Shown here: piece by piece, positions 1-8,058 of the stretch
Numbering within the stretch: position 1 is the first letter of the stretch
Layout: each line of letters starts with the position of its first letter
IMG/VR virus record: IMGVR_UViG_3300005332_000003
Location: 1 to 35,998 of that record
Length of the DNA: 35,998 nt
Origin: a virus
Taxonomy: Duplodnaviria > Caudoviricetes
Direction: 5' to 3' (one strand)
The notes under the pieces: model-generated
What the model was told of the DNA's origin: nothing
The model's input: the letters and a program-made list of their open reading frames with translations, nothing else
The model's database searches: none
Position numbers and translations under genes: made by a program

Positions 1-23
1 AAAAAAAAAGGGAAACCGCCCAA

Positions 24-230
24 ATGAACAAGCCAAAAGACGTCAAGCCGATGATGCCGCTCAAACACGACTTCGTTGCCAGCCTCGACCGCTTCATCAA
101 CGAGGCGGGACTGCTCGCCGATGCGGTGGAGTCTGCGCTGCAGCTTGGCGCGGTCAACGACCGCGCGCGCAAACTGGTCGAGGATCGGATCAAGGCGTTC
201 CAACGTGCCCGGTGGGGCGAGGAGGAATGA
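24..230 (+). CDS. hypothetical protein (68 aa)
   Basis: ORF with GC-rich third codon positions, colinear with downstream genes; no recognised motif. Confidence 0.6.
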   Translation: MNKPKDVKPMMPLKHDFVASLDRFINEAGLLADAVESALQLGAVNDRARKLVEDRIKAFQRARWGEEE

Positions 231-242
231 GGCGGGCCGGCA

Positions 243-395
243 ATGATCGAGATCATCCTCAAGATACTCGGCTGGCTGCTCGTGGTCGCCGGCGTGTTGA
301 TTGTCATCGTGATCGTGGTCAGTGCGATCTCGTACCTCCACTACCTGCGTTCGATGCGGCACGTGCCGCGGAAGCGCGACGACGACGACGAGTGA
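243..395 (+). CDS. small single-pass membrane protein (50 aa)
   Basis: Read directly (not in ORF track): MIEIILKILGWLLVVAGVLIVIVIVVSAISYLHYLRSMRHVPRKRDDDDE, a long hydrophobic stretch followed by a charged tail. Confidence 0.6.
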   Translation: MIEIILKILGWLLVVAGVLIVIVIVVSAISYLHYLRSMRHVPRKRDDDDE

Positions 396-466
396 TGACC
401 CAGGCGCCGGGGGAGGTCACGGCGCCTATAATGGGCGTGGTCAACGATCACGAGGACCACACAACA

Positions 467-997
467 ATGAAACGACCGCACGACCCGACGTCCACGCCCG
501 AGGACCTGATCGCCTTCGCCTCCGAGTGGGCGGGCAAGGTGTTCCGCCGCGACGGCGAAATCCACCCGATCTGGCACGCCATCACCCGCGGCGGCGAGCA
601 CCTGATCCTGCCGACGCCGTGGGGCGACAGCTACGACCGCGACCTGCAGACGGCGATGGTCCGCGTGCTGTTCGACCTGAAAGACGTTGTGCGCTACGTG
701 CTCCTGCACGAGGCATGGATGGCCGACTTCCGCGGCACGCGCCTGAGCGGCGAGCAGGCCGAGGCGCTGCGCGAGGAGTTGAACCGCGACGGTGTCAAGA
801 ACCGCCCCGACCGCATTGAGGTCGTCATGATCCAGGCCGAGGTCGAAGGGCACGTCGCACGCTCAGCCTTCCGCCGCATCGTGCGCCCGCCCAGGCGCCG
901 CGCGATCCTGGCACCGCTCGACATGTTCAACCTCGCCGGGGCGAACGCCGAGGGGCGGCTCGTCGGGATGCTGCCGGTGCGGGGAGGGATGCAGTAG
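467..997 (+). CDS. hypothetical phage protein
   Basis: 3' part of ORF 212..997; ATG 467 preceded by GAGGA, with TATAAT at 427-432; alternative start at 395 (TGATG overlap). Confidence 0.7.
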   Translation: MKRPHDPTSTPEDLIAFASEWAGKVFRRDGEIHPIWHAITRGGEHLILPTPWGDSYDRDLQTAMVRVLFDLKDVVRYVLLHEAWMADFRGTRLSGEQAEALREELNRDGVKNRPDRIEVVMIQAEVEGHVARSAFRRIVRPPRRRAILAPLDMFNLAGANAEGRLVGMLPVRGGMQ

Positions 998-999
998 TG

Positions 1000-1218
1000 A
1001 TGGGCTACGCATTCGCAATGGGACTGTGTTTCGGGTGCAAGCGGCCGTTTACGTTCAATCCGGTGCGCGTTCCGAGCGTCGTCGTCGACGGCGAGCGGTA
1101 TCCGATCTGCGCGGGCTGCGTCGAGCGCGCCAATCCGCTTCGCGCCAAGAACGGTTTACCGCTGATCGTTCCGCTTCCCGGTGCCTACGACCCCTGCGAC
1201 GAAAGCGAACTGGAATGA
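1000..1218 (+). CDS. small zinc-finger-like hypothetical protein
   Basis: CxxC (CFGC) and CxxC (CAGC) pairs; ATGA overlap with next gene. Confidence 0.7.
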   Translation: MGYAFAMGLCFGCKRPFTFNPVRVPSVVVDGERYPICAGCVERANPLRAKNGLPLIVPLPGAYDPCDESELE

Positions 1219-1478
1219 CCGACCCCGACGACGACCTTGAGCGCGAGCAGTTCAGCGTCGCCATCTTTTTCCCAGATGGCCGATACACCTACGCCGTGCG
1301 GTGGATTGCGGCCGGTGACGCCGTGCGCATATTCCGCACGTTGTGCGAAAGCGTGCTGGCGCGCGAGGGAGTCTATGCGCGCATCATCGTCACCGACGGC
1401 GGCGACTTCACCAGCATGGAATGGGTCAACGGCAAGGGTTACACGTACCCGCCCGAATTGGTGAGGTTCAACGGATGA
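1215..1478 (+). CDS. hypothetical phage protein
   Basis: MTDPDDDLEREQFSVAIFF...; ATGA overlaps at both ends. Confidence 0.7.
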   Translation: MTDPDDDLEREQFSVAIFFPDGRYTYAVRWIAAGDAVRIFRTLCESVLAREGVYARIIVTDGGDFTSMEWVNGKGYTYPPELVRFNG

Positions 1479-2038
1479 CCGCGACCGTGACCTTGGAGCT
1501 CGTGGCGGCGCTCCCGCGCAAGTGCGGCGACTGCCAACTGTGTTGCAAGCTGCTGCCCGTCGCCGAGATCGACAAGCGCGCCGGCCACCGCTGCCGCCAT
1601 CAGGCGCACGCCAAGGGGTGCCGCGTCTACGGTGCGGGCACCATGCCGGCATCGTGCCGGCTGTGGTCGTGTGCGTGGCTCACCGGCGCCGATACCGGGT
1701 CCCGGCCAGACCGCGCGCACGTGGTTGTCGACATGCTGCCCGACTTCGTCACGATCACGCACGACGACGGCACCGCTCCGCAAACGATCCCGGTGGTGCA
1801 GGTGTGGGTCGACCCGAGCTTCCCCGACGCGCACCGCGACCCGGCGCTGCGCGCCTACCTCGCCAAGCGCGCCGCGGACGGCGTTGCCGCGTTAATCCGG
1901 TTCAATGAACGAGACGCCTTCATGCTGCTGGCTCCCGAAATGACGCCGAGCGGCGAGTGGATCGAGGCGCACTCCAACGTCGCCCCGGTGAAGCAGCACA
2001 CGTTCGCCGAGATCGCCAAGGCGCTGTCCGGTCAGTAG
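1475..2038 (+). CDS. YkgJ-like Zn/Fe-chelating cysteine-cluster protein
   Basis: CGDCQLCCK (CxxCxxCC), then C..H, GCRVY and PASCRLWSC pattern. Confidence 0.7.
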   Translation: MTATVTLELVAALPRKCGDCQLCCKLLPVAEIDKRAGHRCRHQAHAKGCRVYGAGTMPASCRLWSCAWLTGADTGSRPDRAHVVVDMLPDFVTITHDDGTAPQTIPVVQVWVDPSFPDAHRDPALRAYLAKRAADGVAALIRFNERDAFMLLAPEMTPSGEWIEAHSNVAPVKQHTFAEIAKALSGQ

Positions 2039-2865
2039 TCGCGCGCGGGAAACTGCAGCCGCAGCGTCGCCGGATCGGCCTCCAGCCGTTCGATCATGCC
2101 ACCTGGACCGCCGGCCGCGACGAGCGCCGCGCGCGGGAACATGCGCGCAACGGCCGCCTGGGCGCTCGGCGGCACGTCCTGCGCCTCGTCCACCAGCACC
2201 AGCGGGCAGTCGTCTGCCGGGTACAGCGCGCCGGCGAGCACGTCGCCGTCATCCACGAGACGCTCGCGGTGGCGAAACTCGGCGTAGAAGTCGGCCGCCT
2301 CGGCAACGAGCGAGAACGCCTGCGGGACCCGCGCGCCGCGCGCAACCTGGTCGGAGTGGATTTCAGCCAAGCTGCGGCCGGTGACGCGCGCACGCTGGTC
2401 GAGCTCGATGATGATCAGCACGTCGCGGTGCCGGCACTTGAGGAACGCGACGTCGGCGGGGCTGTCGGTCAACCCGGCCGCGCGCTTGATCCGCGCCGTG
2501 AACTCGGCCGCCGCCTGTCGGCGGTGGCGGTTGTTGACCTGGATCGCGCCGACGCTGCGCGCGTAGGCGACCGCCGCAATGGTCCCGGCGAGGTCGTCGC
2601 GGAAGAACCACTCCAGCGATGTCCCTGGCTCGATGGTGTCGGCGACGGCGCGGCACAGCAGGTGAGCGTCGGCCGGCGCCAGCGCCAGCAACCCGAACTG
2701 GACGACCGACATGCCCCATTGCTCGGCCGCTTCGGTGGCGATCGAGGCCAGCGCCGTCGTCTTGCCGCTGCGCAGCGGGCCGCGGATCGTCGCGGTGAAG
2801 CGCCGCCGGGCGGCCAGCACCGGCCGCAGCGCCTCCACCGCCCCGAAAGTATCGGCAACGTCCAC
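2032..2865 (-). CDS. truncated UvrD/Rep-like (SF1) P-loop ATPase domain protein
   Basis: Walker A GPLRSGKTT, Walker B LVLVDEAQD, degenerate motif III (AAGGPGG); start uncertain (GTG 2865 chosen to avoid overlapping terS). Confidence 0.6.
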   Translation of the reverse strand: MDVADTFGAVEALRPVLAARRRFTATIRGPLRSGKTTALASIATEAAEQWGMSVVQFGLLALAPADAHLLCRAVADTIEPGTSLEWFFRDDLAGTIAAVAYARSVGAIQVNNRHRRQAAAEFTARIKRAAGLTDSPADVAFLKCRHRDVLIIIELDQRARVTGRSLAEIHSDQVARGARVPQAFSLVAEAADFYAEFRHRERLVDDGDVLAGALYPADDCPLVLVDEAQDVPPSAQAAVARMFPRAALVAAGGPGGMIERLEADPATLRLQFPARDY

Positions 2866-2885
2866 CGGAAACGGTATAGTGCGGC
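2852..2885 (+). promoter_or_regulatory. putative promoter for the terminase operon
   Basis: TCGGCA-N17-TATAGT followed by GC-rich GCGGC, upstream of terS. Confidence 0.4.
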
Positions 2886-2902
2886 GCGGCGAGGCGGCGA
2901 CC

Positions 2903-3373
2903 ATGACAGCCGAGATTATCCCTATCGAGGACGCGGCGGCAGTGTTCGACCGGGACCGCCGGGCGTTCCGCCTGCGGCTCGCCGGCGTTTCCGTGCTGCG
3001 CATCGCCGAAGAACTAAACTGCAGCCCCGCACAGGTCGAGGACTCTCTCGTTCGCATGTGCGGCGGTGTGACGCCGGAGCTCCGCGCGCGCACCATCAGG
3101 ATCGAGCTCGAGCGGCTCGATGAGCTCCAGAAGGCGCACTACAAGCACGCGATGGACGGCGGCATCGCCGCCACCACGGTCCTCCTCAAAATCATGGAAC
3201 GGCGCGCCAAGATGCTCGGGCTCGACGCGCTGCCCCAGGCCGATCCGCTCGCCGGCACGATGGCGAAGCAGGAGACCTCGACCGAGCGCATCCGGCGCGC
3301 CGTCGAGGCCATCATCAACGAACCCGAGGTGATCGACGGCGAGGCCGTCGAAGTCAGCAACGACGGAGGCTGA
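2903..3373 (+). CDS. terS: terminase small subunit (HTH type)
   Basis: AFRLRLAGVSVLRIAEELNCS HTH and ELERLDELQ...KIMERRAKMLGLD pattern; lies upstream of terL. Confidence 0.75.
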   Translation: MTAEIIPIEDAAAVFDRDRRAFRLRLAGVSVLRIAEELNCSPAQVEDSLVRMCGGVTPELRARTIRIELERLDELQKAHYKHAMDGGIAATTVLLKIMERRAKMLGLDALPQADPLAGTMAKQETSTERIRRAVEAIINEPEVIDGEAVEVSNDGG

Positions 3374-3375
3374 TC

Positions 3376-3585
3376 ATGGGCGTCCTCAGAGCGGCGCGCC
3401 GCAACCGGCTGCGCTCGTCGCAATTCGCGCTGCCGGGCTCGCGCAAGTATCCGGTCGACACGCGCGGCCGTGCGGCCAACGCCAAGGCGCGCGCCACGCA
3501 GCAGTACAAGCGCGGCCGCATCAGCAAGTCGACGCGCGACAAAATCCACGCCAAGGCGAACAAGAGGCTGCGCCGCAAACGATGA
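3376..3585 (+). CDS. small highly basic protein (DUF6582-like)
   Basis: SQFALPGSRKYPVDTRGRAANAKARA motif; very Arg/Lys-rich; ATGA overlap with terL. Confidence 0.7.
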   Translation: MGVLRAARRNRLRSSQFALPGSRKYPVDTRGRAANAKARATQQYKRGRISKSTRDKIHAKANKRLRRKR

Positions 3586-4922
3586 AGCTCGTTCCCACCG
3601 ACCGCTTTCTGGCGGAGGTCCAGCGCGTCCACGCGGTGCGCGATTCGATCCGGCGCCTGTCGCCGACGAAACGCGAGCGCCTGGTCGCGCACCTGGGCGA
3701 CGAGTCGGCCGACGAGTGGATCATGCAAGCGCGCAGGGCGCAGTTGCCGCCGATGGACCTCGGGTGGTGCTGGCTGTTCCTCGGTGGCCGCGGCACCGGC
3801 AAGACGCGTGCGCTCAGCGCGGCGGTGCACATGGCGATACGCGCCGGCATCGGTCGCGTCCACATGATCGGACCGACCACGGCGGACCTGCACGACGTCA
3901 ACCTGGAAGGACCGGCCGGCTTGCTGTCGACCGCCGGCAACGATCCGCGTCCGCGTTGGGTGCCGTCGAAGAAGCGCCTGGAGTGGCCGAGCGGCGCGAT
4001 GGCCGTGTTCTTCTCCGGAGAGGAACCCGACTCGTTGCGCGGCCCGCAATGCGAGGTCGCCGTCGTCGATGAAATCGGCCGTATGCGCTACCAGCAGGCG
4101 GTCTGGGACATGATGATGCTCGGGCTCCGCCTGGGCGATCAGCCGCGCGTGATGGTGGCGACCACGCCGCGGCCGACACCGTTCATGAAAAAACTCGTCG
4201 CCATGTCCGACATCAGGATCACCACCGGGTCCACCTACGACAACGCGCGCAACCTGTCCCCGGCGTTCATCGCCAAGATCAAGGAGCTCTACGAGGGCAC
4301 GCGGCTCGGCCGGCAGGAGCTCCACGGCGCGATGATCCTCGACCCGCCGAACGCCTTGTTCAAAGACGAGTGGCTGCGCCACGACGACATCGACGAGGAG
4401 CGCATCGAGCAGGCAACCGTCGGTGTCGATCCCTCGGGCGGTTCGGACGAGATCGGCATCGTGGTGTCGGCGCGGCTCGTCGACGGGAGCTACGGCGTGC
4501 TGGCGGATCGCTCAATGAGCGGCTCGCCGGCGAAGTGGGGTGACGCCGTGGTGCGGGCGCACGACGACTTCAACGCCGACGACGTGGTCGTTGAAAAGAA
4601 CTTCGGCGGCGACATGGCGACGGACGTGGTGAGCCAAGCCGCCGAGCGCGCGAAGCAGGCGGGGCGCCGCCCTGACAGCCTGATCCGCATCAAGCCGGTC
4701 ACCGCTTCGCGCGGCAAGGCGATGCGCGCCGAACCCGTGAGCCTGCTCTACGAGAAGGGGAGGGTGGTGCACCGCCGCGGGCTCGACCAACTGGAGGCGG
4801 AGATGCTCACGTTCTCGCGCGACTGGGACCGCGCGGTTGACGGTTCGCCGAACCGCCTCGATGCGATGGTGTGGGGCGTGACCCGCCTGTCGCGCGTCGT
4901 GATGGAAATTCCGATGGCGTGA
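3582..4922 (+). CDS. terL: terminase large subunit (Terminase_6-type ATPase plus nuclease)
   Basis: Walker A GGRGTGKT, LRGPQ, Walker B VVDE, TTP coupling motif, nuclease GVDP...D and SPNRLDAMVW. Confidence 0.95.
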   Translation: MKLVPTDRFLAEVQRVHAVRDSIRRLSPTKRERLVAHLGDESADEWIMQARRAQLPPMDLGWCWLFLGGRGTGKTRALSAAVHMAIRAGIGRVHMIGPTTADLHDVNLEGPAGLLSTAGNDPRPRWVPSKKRLEWPSGAMAVFFSGEEPDSLRGPQCEVAVVDEIGRMRYQQAVWDMMMLGLRLGDQPRVMVATTPRPTPFMKKLVAMSDIRITTGSTYDNARNLSPAFIAKIKELYEGTRLGRQELHGAMILDPPNALFKDEWLRHDDIDEERIEQATVGVDPSGGSDEIGIVVSARLVDGSYGVLADRSMSGSPAKWGDAVVRAHDDFNADDVVVEKNFGGDMATDVVSQAAERAKQAGRRPDSLIRIKPVTASRGKAMRAEPVSLLYEKGRVVHRRGLDQLEAEMLTFSRDWDRAVDGSPNRLDAMVWGVTRLSRVVMEIPMA

Positions 4923-4932
4923 GGAGGCGATC

Positions 4933-5103
4933 ATGCCGCGAGGTGGAAGGCGAGGCGGGAGCCACGGGCCGTCGATCAAGAACCCGGCGACCTACGAGGC
5001 GTTGCGCCGCAAGTTCGGCAAGTCGAGCGCCGCTGCGATCTCCAATGCGGCGCTGAACAAGGGTTACCGCAAAGGCGTCCACGGCCGCAGCCGGCGGCGA
5101 TAG
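4933..5103 (+). CDS. small basic protein (56 aa)
   Basis: GAGGAGG RBS; MPRGGRRGGSHGPSIKNPATYEALRRKFGKSSAAAISNAALNKGYRKGVHGRSRRR; not in ORF track. Confidence 0.7.
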   Translation: MPRGGRRGGSHGPSIKNPATYEALRRKFGKSSAAAISNAALNKGYRKGVHGRSRRR

Positions 5104-5113
5104 GAGGAGGGCG

Positions 5114-5203
5114 ATGCAAATTCACATGGTCTGCGTCTATCAGTGCCAGCCGCAGGTGCCGTGCACACTGCCGTCGGCGTGGCCACCACCGCCGGCGCCG
5201 TGA
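5114..5203 (+). CDS. Cys/Pro-rich peptide (29 aa)
   Basis: Strong AGGAGG RBS; MQIHMVCVYQCQPQVPCTLPSAWPPPPAP; fills the gap between neighbouring genes. Confidence 0.6.
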   Translation: MQIHMVCVYQCQPQVPCTLPSAWPPPPAP

Positions 5204-5204
5204 A

Positions 5205-5648
5205 ATGCACGCGACGTGTGCCACCAACTGCCCGCCACCCGGCACGGCCTTGCCGGCGCCGTGGCCACCGTCGGCCAGCCCGACCAGCGGCGGGGCCGCG
5301 GCGGTCGAGTACACCGCGCGGACCAACACCACGGCGGCGGCCGATCCGAGCGACGGCAATGTCGTGTGGAACACCGCGGCGGAAGGTAACGCCACGCGAC
5401 TGTTCATCAGCGCCAAGTCAAGCGGGAAGGCCGACACGTCTCACCTGTGGAGCAACGTGCGCGCGGGCCGCAGCCTCACCATCCAGCGCAAGAGCAATGG
5501 CGAGGTGATCGCGCGCTACACCGTCAACGACGTGGTCGACAACGGCGGGTGGTTCACCGTCAACGTGACGCCGGGCAGCAACTCCGGGCTGCCGTTCGCC
5601 AACAACGACGCGCTGATCGTCACCATCAGCGCCGCACCAATACCGTAG
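5205..5648 (+). CDS. putative head fibre/decoration protein
   Basis: Cys/Pro-rich N-terminus followed by a Thr/Asn/Gly-rich beta domain resembling phage fibre modules (TTAAADPSDGNVVWN...GWFTVNVT...FANND). Confidence 0.65.
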   Translation: MHATCATNCPPPGTALPAPWPPSASPTSGGAAAVEYTARTNTTAAADPSDGNVVWNTAAEGNATRLFISAKSSGKADTSHLWSNVRAGRSLTIQRKSNGEVIARYTVNDVVDNGGWFTVNVTPGSNSGLPFANNDALIVTISAAPIP

Positions 5649-5657
5649 GAGGTTCGA

Positions 5658-5873
5658 TTGGCTTGTCTCCCATGCCAGCAGCAGCGCCGAGCGTTCATCC
5701 AGGCCGCGCGCGCCCTGGACGTGCGTGGGGCCGCGCGCGCGGTCGCCACCGCCGCGGCGATCAACGCCGACAAGCTGCGCGGCGTCGATGTTCAGGCGAA
5801 GTACGGTGGGAGCTCGCAGCGTCCGACCATCAAGGCGACGCCGTACCGCCGCCCACCTGACCGAACGGTGTGA
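5658..5873 (+). CDS. hypothetical protein with N-terminal CxxC
   Basis: TTG start after GGAGG; MACLPCQQQRR; abuts portal. Confidence 0.65.
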   Translation: MACLPCQQQRRAFIQAARALDVRGAARAVATAAAINADKLRGVDVQAKYGGSSQRPTIKATPYRRPPDRTV

Positions 5874-7150
5874 CCATGCCGACGTGGCTCCCGGCTGTGT
5901 TCCGCAAGCAGGTGGCGGCTCCACCCGCGACGACGACGCCTCCGGTGGAGGGCACCTCGGGCTCGCTCGTTGGCTTCAACCGCACCAACGAGATCATGCT
6001 GCGCGAGTACACGCGGTCGATCTACCTGTGGCGCTGCGTGGACATGATCGCGCAAATGTCGTCGTCGATCGTGCTCGACGTTGCCCCGAGCACGTCGCGC
6101 GACCTGAGCGCGGAGGAGCGTGAGGTCGACGCGCTGATCAAGAAGCCGAACCCGCAATGGACCGCGGCGCAGTTGCAGTACTTCGTCGCCGCCAGCCTGG
6201 GCGTGGCAAACCGCACGTTCCTCAAACGGGTGCGCTCCGAGCTCGACGGCGCCACCCTGGAGCTATGGCCGATCCCGGCGAACGAGGTCGTGCCCAAGTA
6301 CGTCAACGGTTCGCAAGTCATCGTAGCCTGGGAACGCCAGACCGCGGCGGGCAAGGAAGAATACCCGGTCGACGAGGACGGCGACTGCGATCTGATCTGC
6401 ATTCGCCGCCCGGCGCTCAACGAGGCCAGCGACAAGTCGCCAGCCGCAGTCGCCATCGCTCCGGCGGAGGTGTTCACCCGCATCCTGCAGCGGTGCTACG
6501 ACATTGTCACCAACGCCTCCAACATCACCGGGATGCTGTCGACCGAAACCGAGGTCGCCAAGGCGGCGGTCAAGGAGATCAAGGACACGCTGATGAAGTA
6601 CCGCACCGGCGCCGGCGACAGCGGCGGCGTGCTGGTGACGGCGAACGCCAAGTGGGACCTCACCCGTCTGTCCGAGGACCCGTCGCAGGCGCTGTCGGTG
6701 TCGATCAAGGACAGTTTGGCGCGCGACGTGTGCATGACGTTTGGCGTGCCGACGCAACTGGTCGGCATCCCCGGCACCGACACGTACAACAACCTCGCGC
6801 TGGCGCGCGTCGGCCTGCTCACGGACACGGTGCTGCCGGGCTACATCAATTTCTACGTCGCGGCACTCAATCAGGCGCTGATGCGGGACGAGCTCCAGAC
6901 CGCGCGGATCGTTCCGAACGTCGCGGCGATCCCGTCGATGGCCGCCTCGCGCCTGCAACTGGTCGACACCGCCAGCCGGGCGACCATGCTGTCGATCAAC
7001 GAGCAGCGCGGGCTCCTCGGGTATCCGCCCTTCGAGGACGACGACATGGCGAACGTCCCGGTGCAGTTGGAAATGATGCGGCGCCAGCGGCTGCAGGTGG
7101 AGATGATGGCCGGCAACGCCGCGGCGCAACTCACCGACGAGCCTACCTGA
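5870..7150 (+). CDS. portal protein (HK97 family)
   Basis: WRCVDMIA, KPNPQWT, ELWPIP, ARDVCMTFGVP..LVGIPG..TYNN, LSINEQRGLLGYPP motifs; position after terL; start 5870 or 5876. Confidence 0.9.
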   Translation: MTMPTWLPAVFRKQVAAPPATTTPPVEGTSGSLVGFNRTNEIMLREYTRSIYLWRCVDMIAQMSSSIVLDVAPSTSRDLSAEEREVDALIKKPNPQWTAAQLQYFVAASLGVANRTFLKRVRSELDGATLELWPIPANEVVPKYVNGSQVIVAWERQTAAGKEEYPVDEDGDCDLICIRRPALNEASDKSPAAVAIAPAEVFTRILQRCYDIVTNASNITGMLSTETEVAKAAVKEIKDTLMKYRTGAGDSGGVLVTANAKWDLTRLSEDPSQALSVSIKDSLARDVCMTFGVPTQLVGIPGTDTYNNLALARVGLLTDTVLPGYINFYVAALNQALMRDELQTARIVPNVAAIPSMAASRLQLVDTASRATMLSINEQRGLLGYPPFEDDDMANVPVQLEMMRRQRLQVEMMAGNAAAQLTDEPT

Positions 7151-7878
7151 TGCTGGTCGACGCCGAGACCGACGACGAATTCCAGGCGTACCTCGACCAG
7201 ATGGAGCAGCGCCTCTACCTGGACATGGTGCCCGTGCTCACCGCCGGCGTGCGGCTGCAGGTCAAGCGCGGCAGCATCCAGGCCGAGGACTACGTCAACG
7301 CGCGCGGCGCGCCGATCCTGCTCCGCCACTACACGCGCGTGTACCGCGACCAGTACCGGGCCGTGAGTGCCGCCGAGCGGGAGGCCGAGGCCAAGGCGGC
7401 GAGCATCACCCGCTTTCTGGCCGAGCAGTTGCGGTGGATCGCCCGCGAGGCGGGCCGACAGATACGCCGCATTTCCGAGTCGCTGCGGCGTGACATCGCC
7501 GACATGGTGCTGGCGATGGTGCGGGACGGGAAGTCGAACGACGTGATCGCCCGCGAGCTCTCGCGCCAAGCCCCGGAGATCGCCAAGCCGCGCGCCGCCA
7601 CCATCGCCCGCACGGAGACGCACAACTCGGCGCTGGCCGCCGTCGACGCGGCGCTCGCCTACAAGAAGATCAAGGTCCGCACCAAGACGTGGTGGAGTGC
7701 CCAGGACAAGCGGGTGCGCGACACGCACCGCGAGGCGCACGGCCAGACCGTGGACTACGACCAGCCGTTCACGGTCGGCGGTGCGGCGATGATGCGACCC
7801 GGCGACGACAGCATGGGCGCGGGGCCGCAGGAGATCATCAACTGCCGGTGCGCCGTGCTGTTCAACCTGCGGCGCTGA
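7150..7878 (+). CDS. minor head protein, MuF/SPP1 gp7 family
   Basis: RAATIARTET, KTWWSAQDKRVRDTH...HGQ, PGD...EIINCRC. Confidence 0.9.
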   Translation: MLVDAETDDEFQAYLDQMEQRLYLDMVPVLTAGVRLQVKRGSIQAEDYVNARGAPILLRHYTRVYRDQYRAVSAAEREAEAKAASITRFLAEQLRWIAREAGRQIRRISESLRRDIADMVLAMVRDGKSNDVIARELSRQAPEIAKPRAATIARTETHNSALAAVDAALAYKKIKVRTKTWWSAQDKRVRDTHREAHGQTVDYDQPFTVGGAAMMRPGDDSMGAGPQEIINCRCAVLFNLRR

Positions 7879-7879
7879 C

Positions 7880-7912
7880 AAAAAAAAGGCGCCGGGGGGA
7901 AACCGCCGGCGC
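7880..7912 (-). terminator. intrinsic terminator oriented on the minus strand (may be bidirectional)
   Basis: Stem GCGCCGG(7889-7895)...CCGGCGC(7906-7912) with an A8 run at 7880-7887, i.e. hairpin plus U8 on the minus strand. Confidence 0.75.
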
Positions 7913-7936
7913 AATCCAGGTGCAACGATTCACGAT
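7880..7936 (-). ncRNA. candidate small RNA (~57 nt)
   Basis: Minus-strand TTCCCC-N17-TAGAGT promoter (extended TG) at 7971-7943, start A at 7936, ending at the U8 terminator. Confidence 0.4.
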
Positions 7937-8006
7937 GCCGGCACTCTAGCACGGCGGCGCCGCGCGGGGAAGCGGAGGCGTTTCCTACCGGATCAGGTGA
8001 GGCCAC

Positions 8007-8035
8007 TTTACCGCATCAGGGAATAGGACTAGCAT
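8007..8035 (+). promoter_or_regulatory. putative promoter of protease/capsid operon
   Basis: TTTACC-N17-TAGCAT in the intergenic region. Confidence 0.5.
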
Positions 8036-8058
8036 CCGCCTCCATCCCGTGGCGGGGG

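Noticed and set aside
1-21. A-run plus GGGAAACCGCC resembling the 7880-7912 terminator
   Set aside because: Only an 11-bp match at the window edge, with no full stem; cannot be evaluated.
1957-3123. Long alternative-frame ORFs (also e.g. 18508..20073, 21883..23319, 25739..27745)
   Set aside because: Shadow ORFs typical of high-GC DNA: low-complexity Arg/Ala/Gly composition, no motifs, and overlapping well-supported genes.
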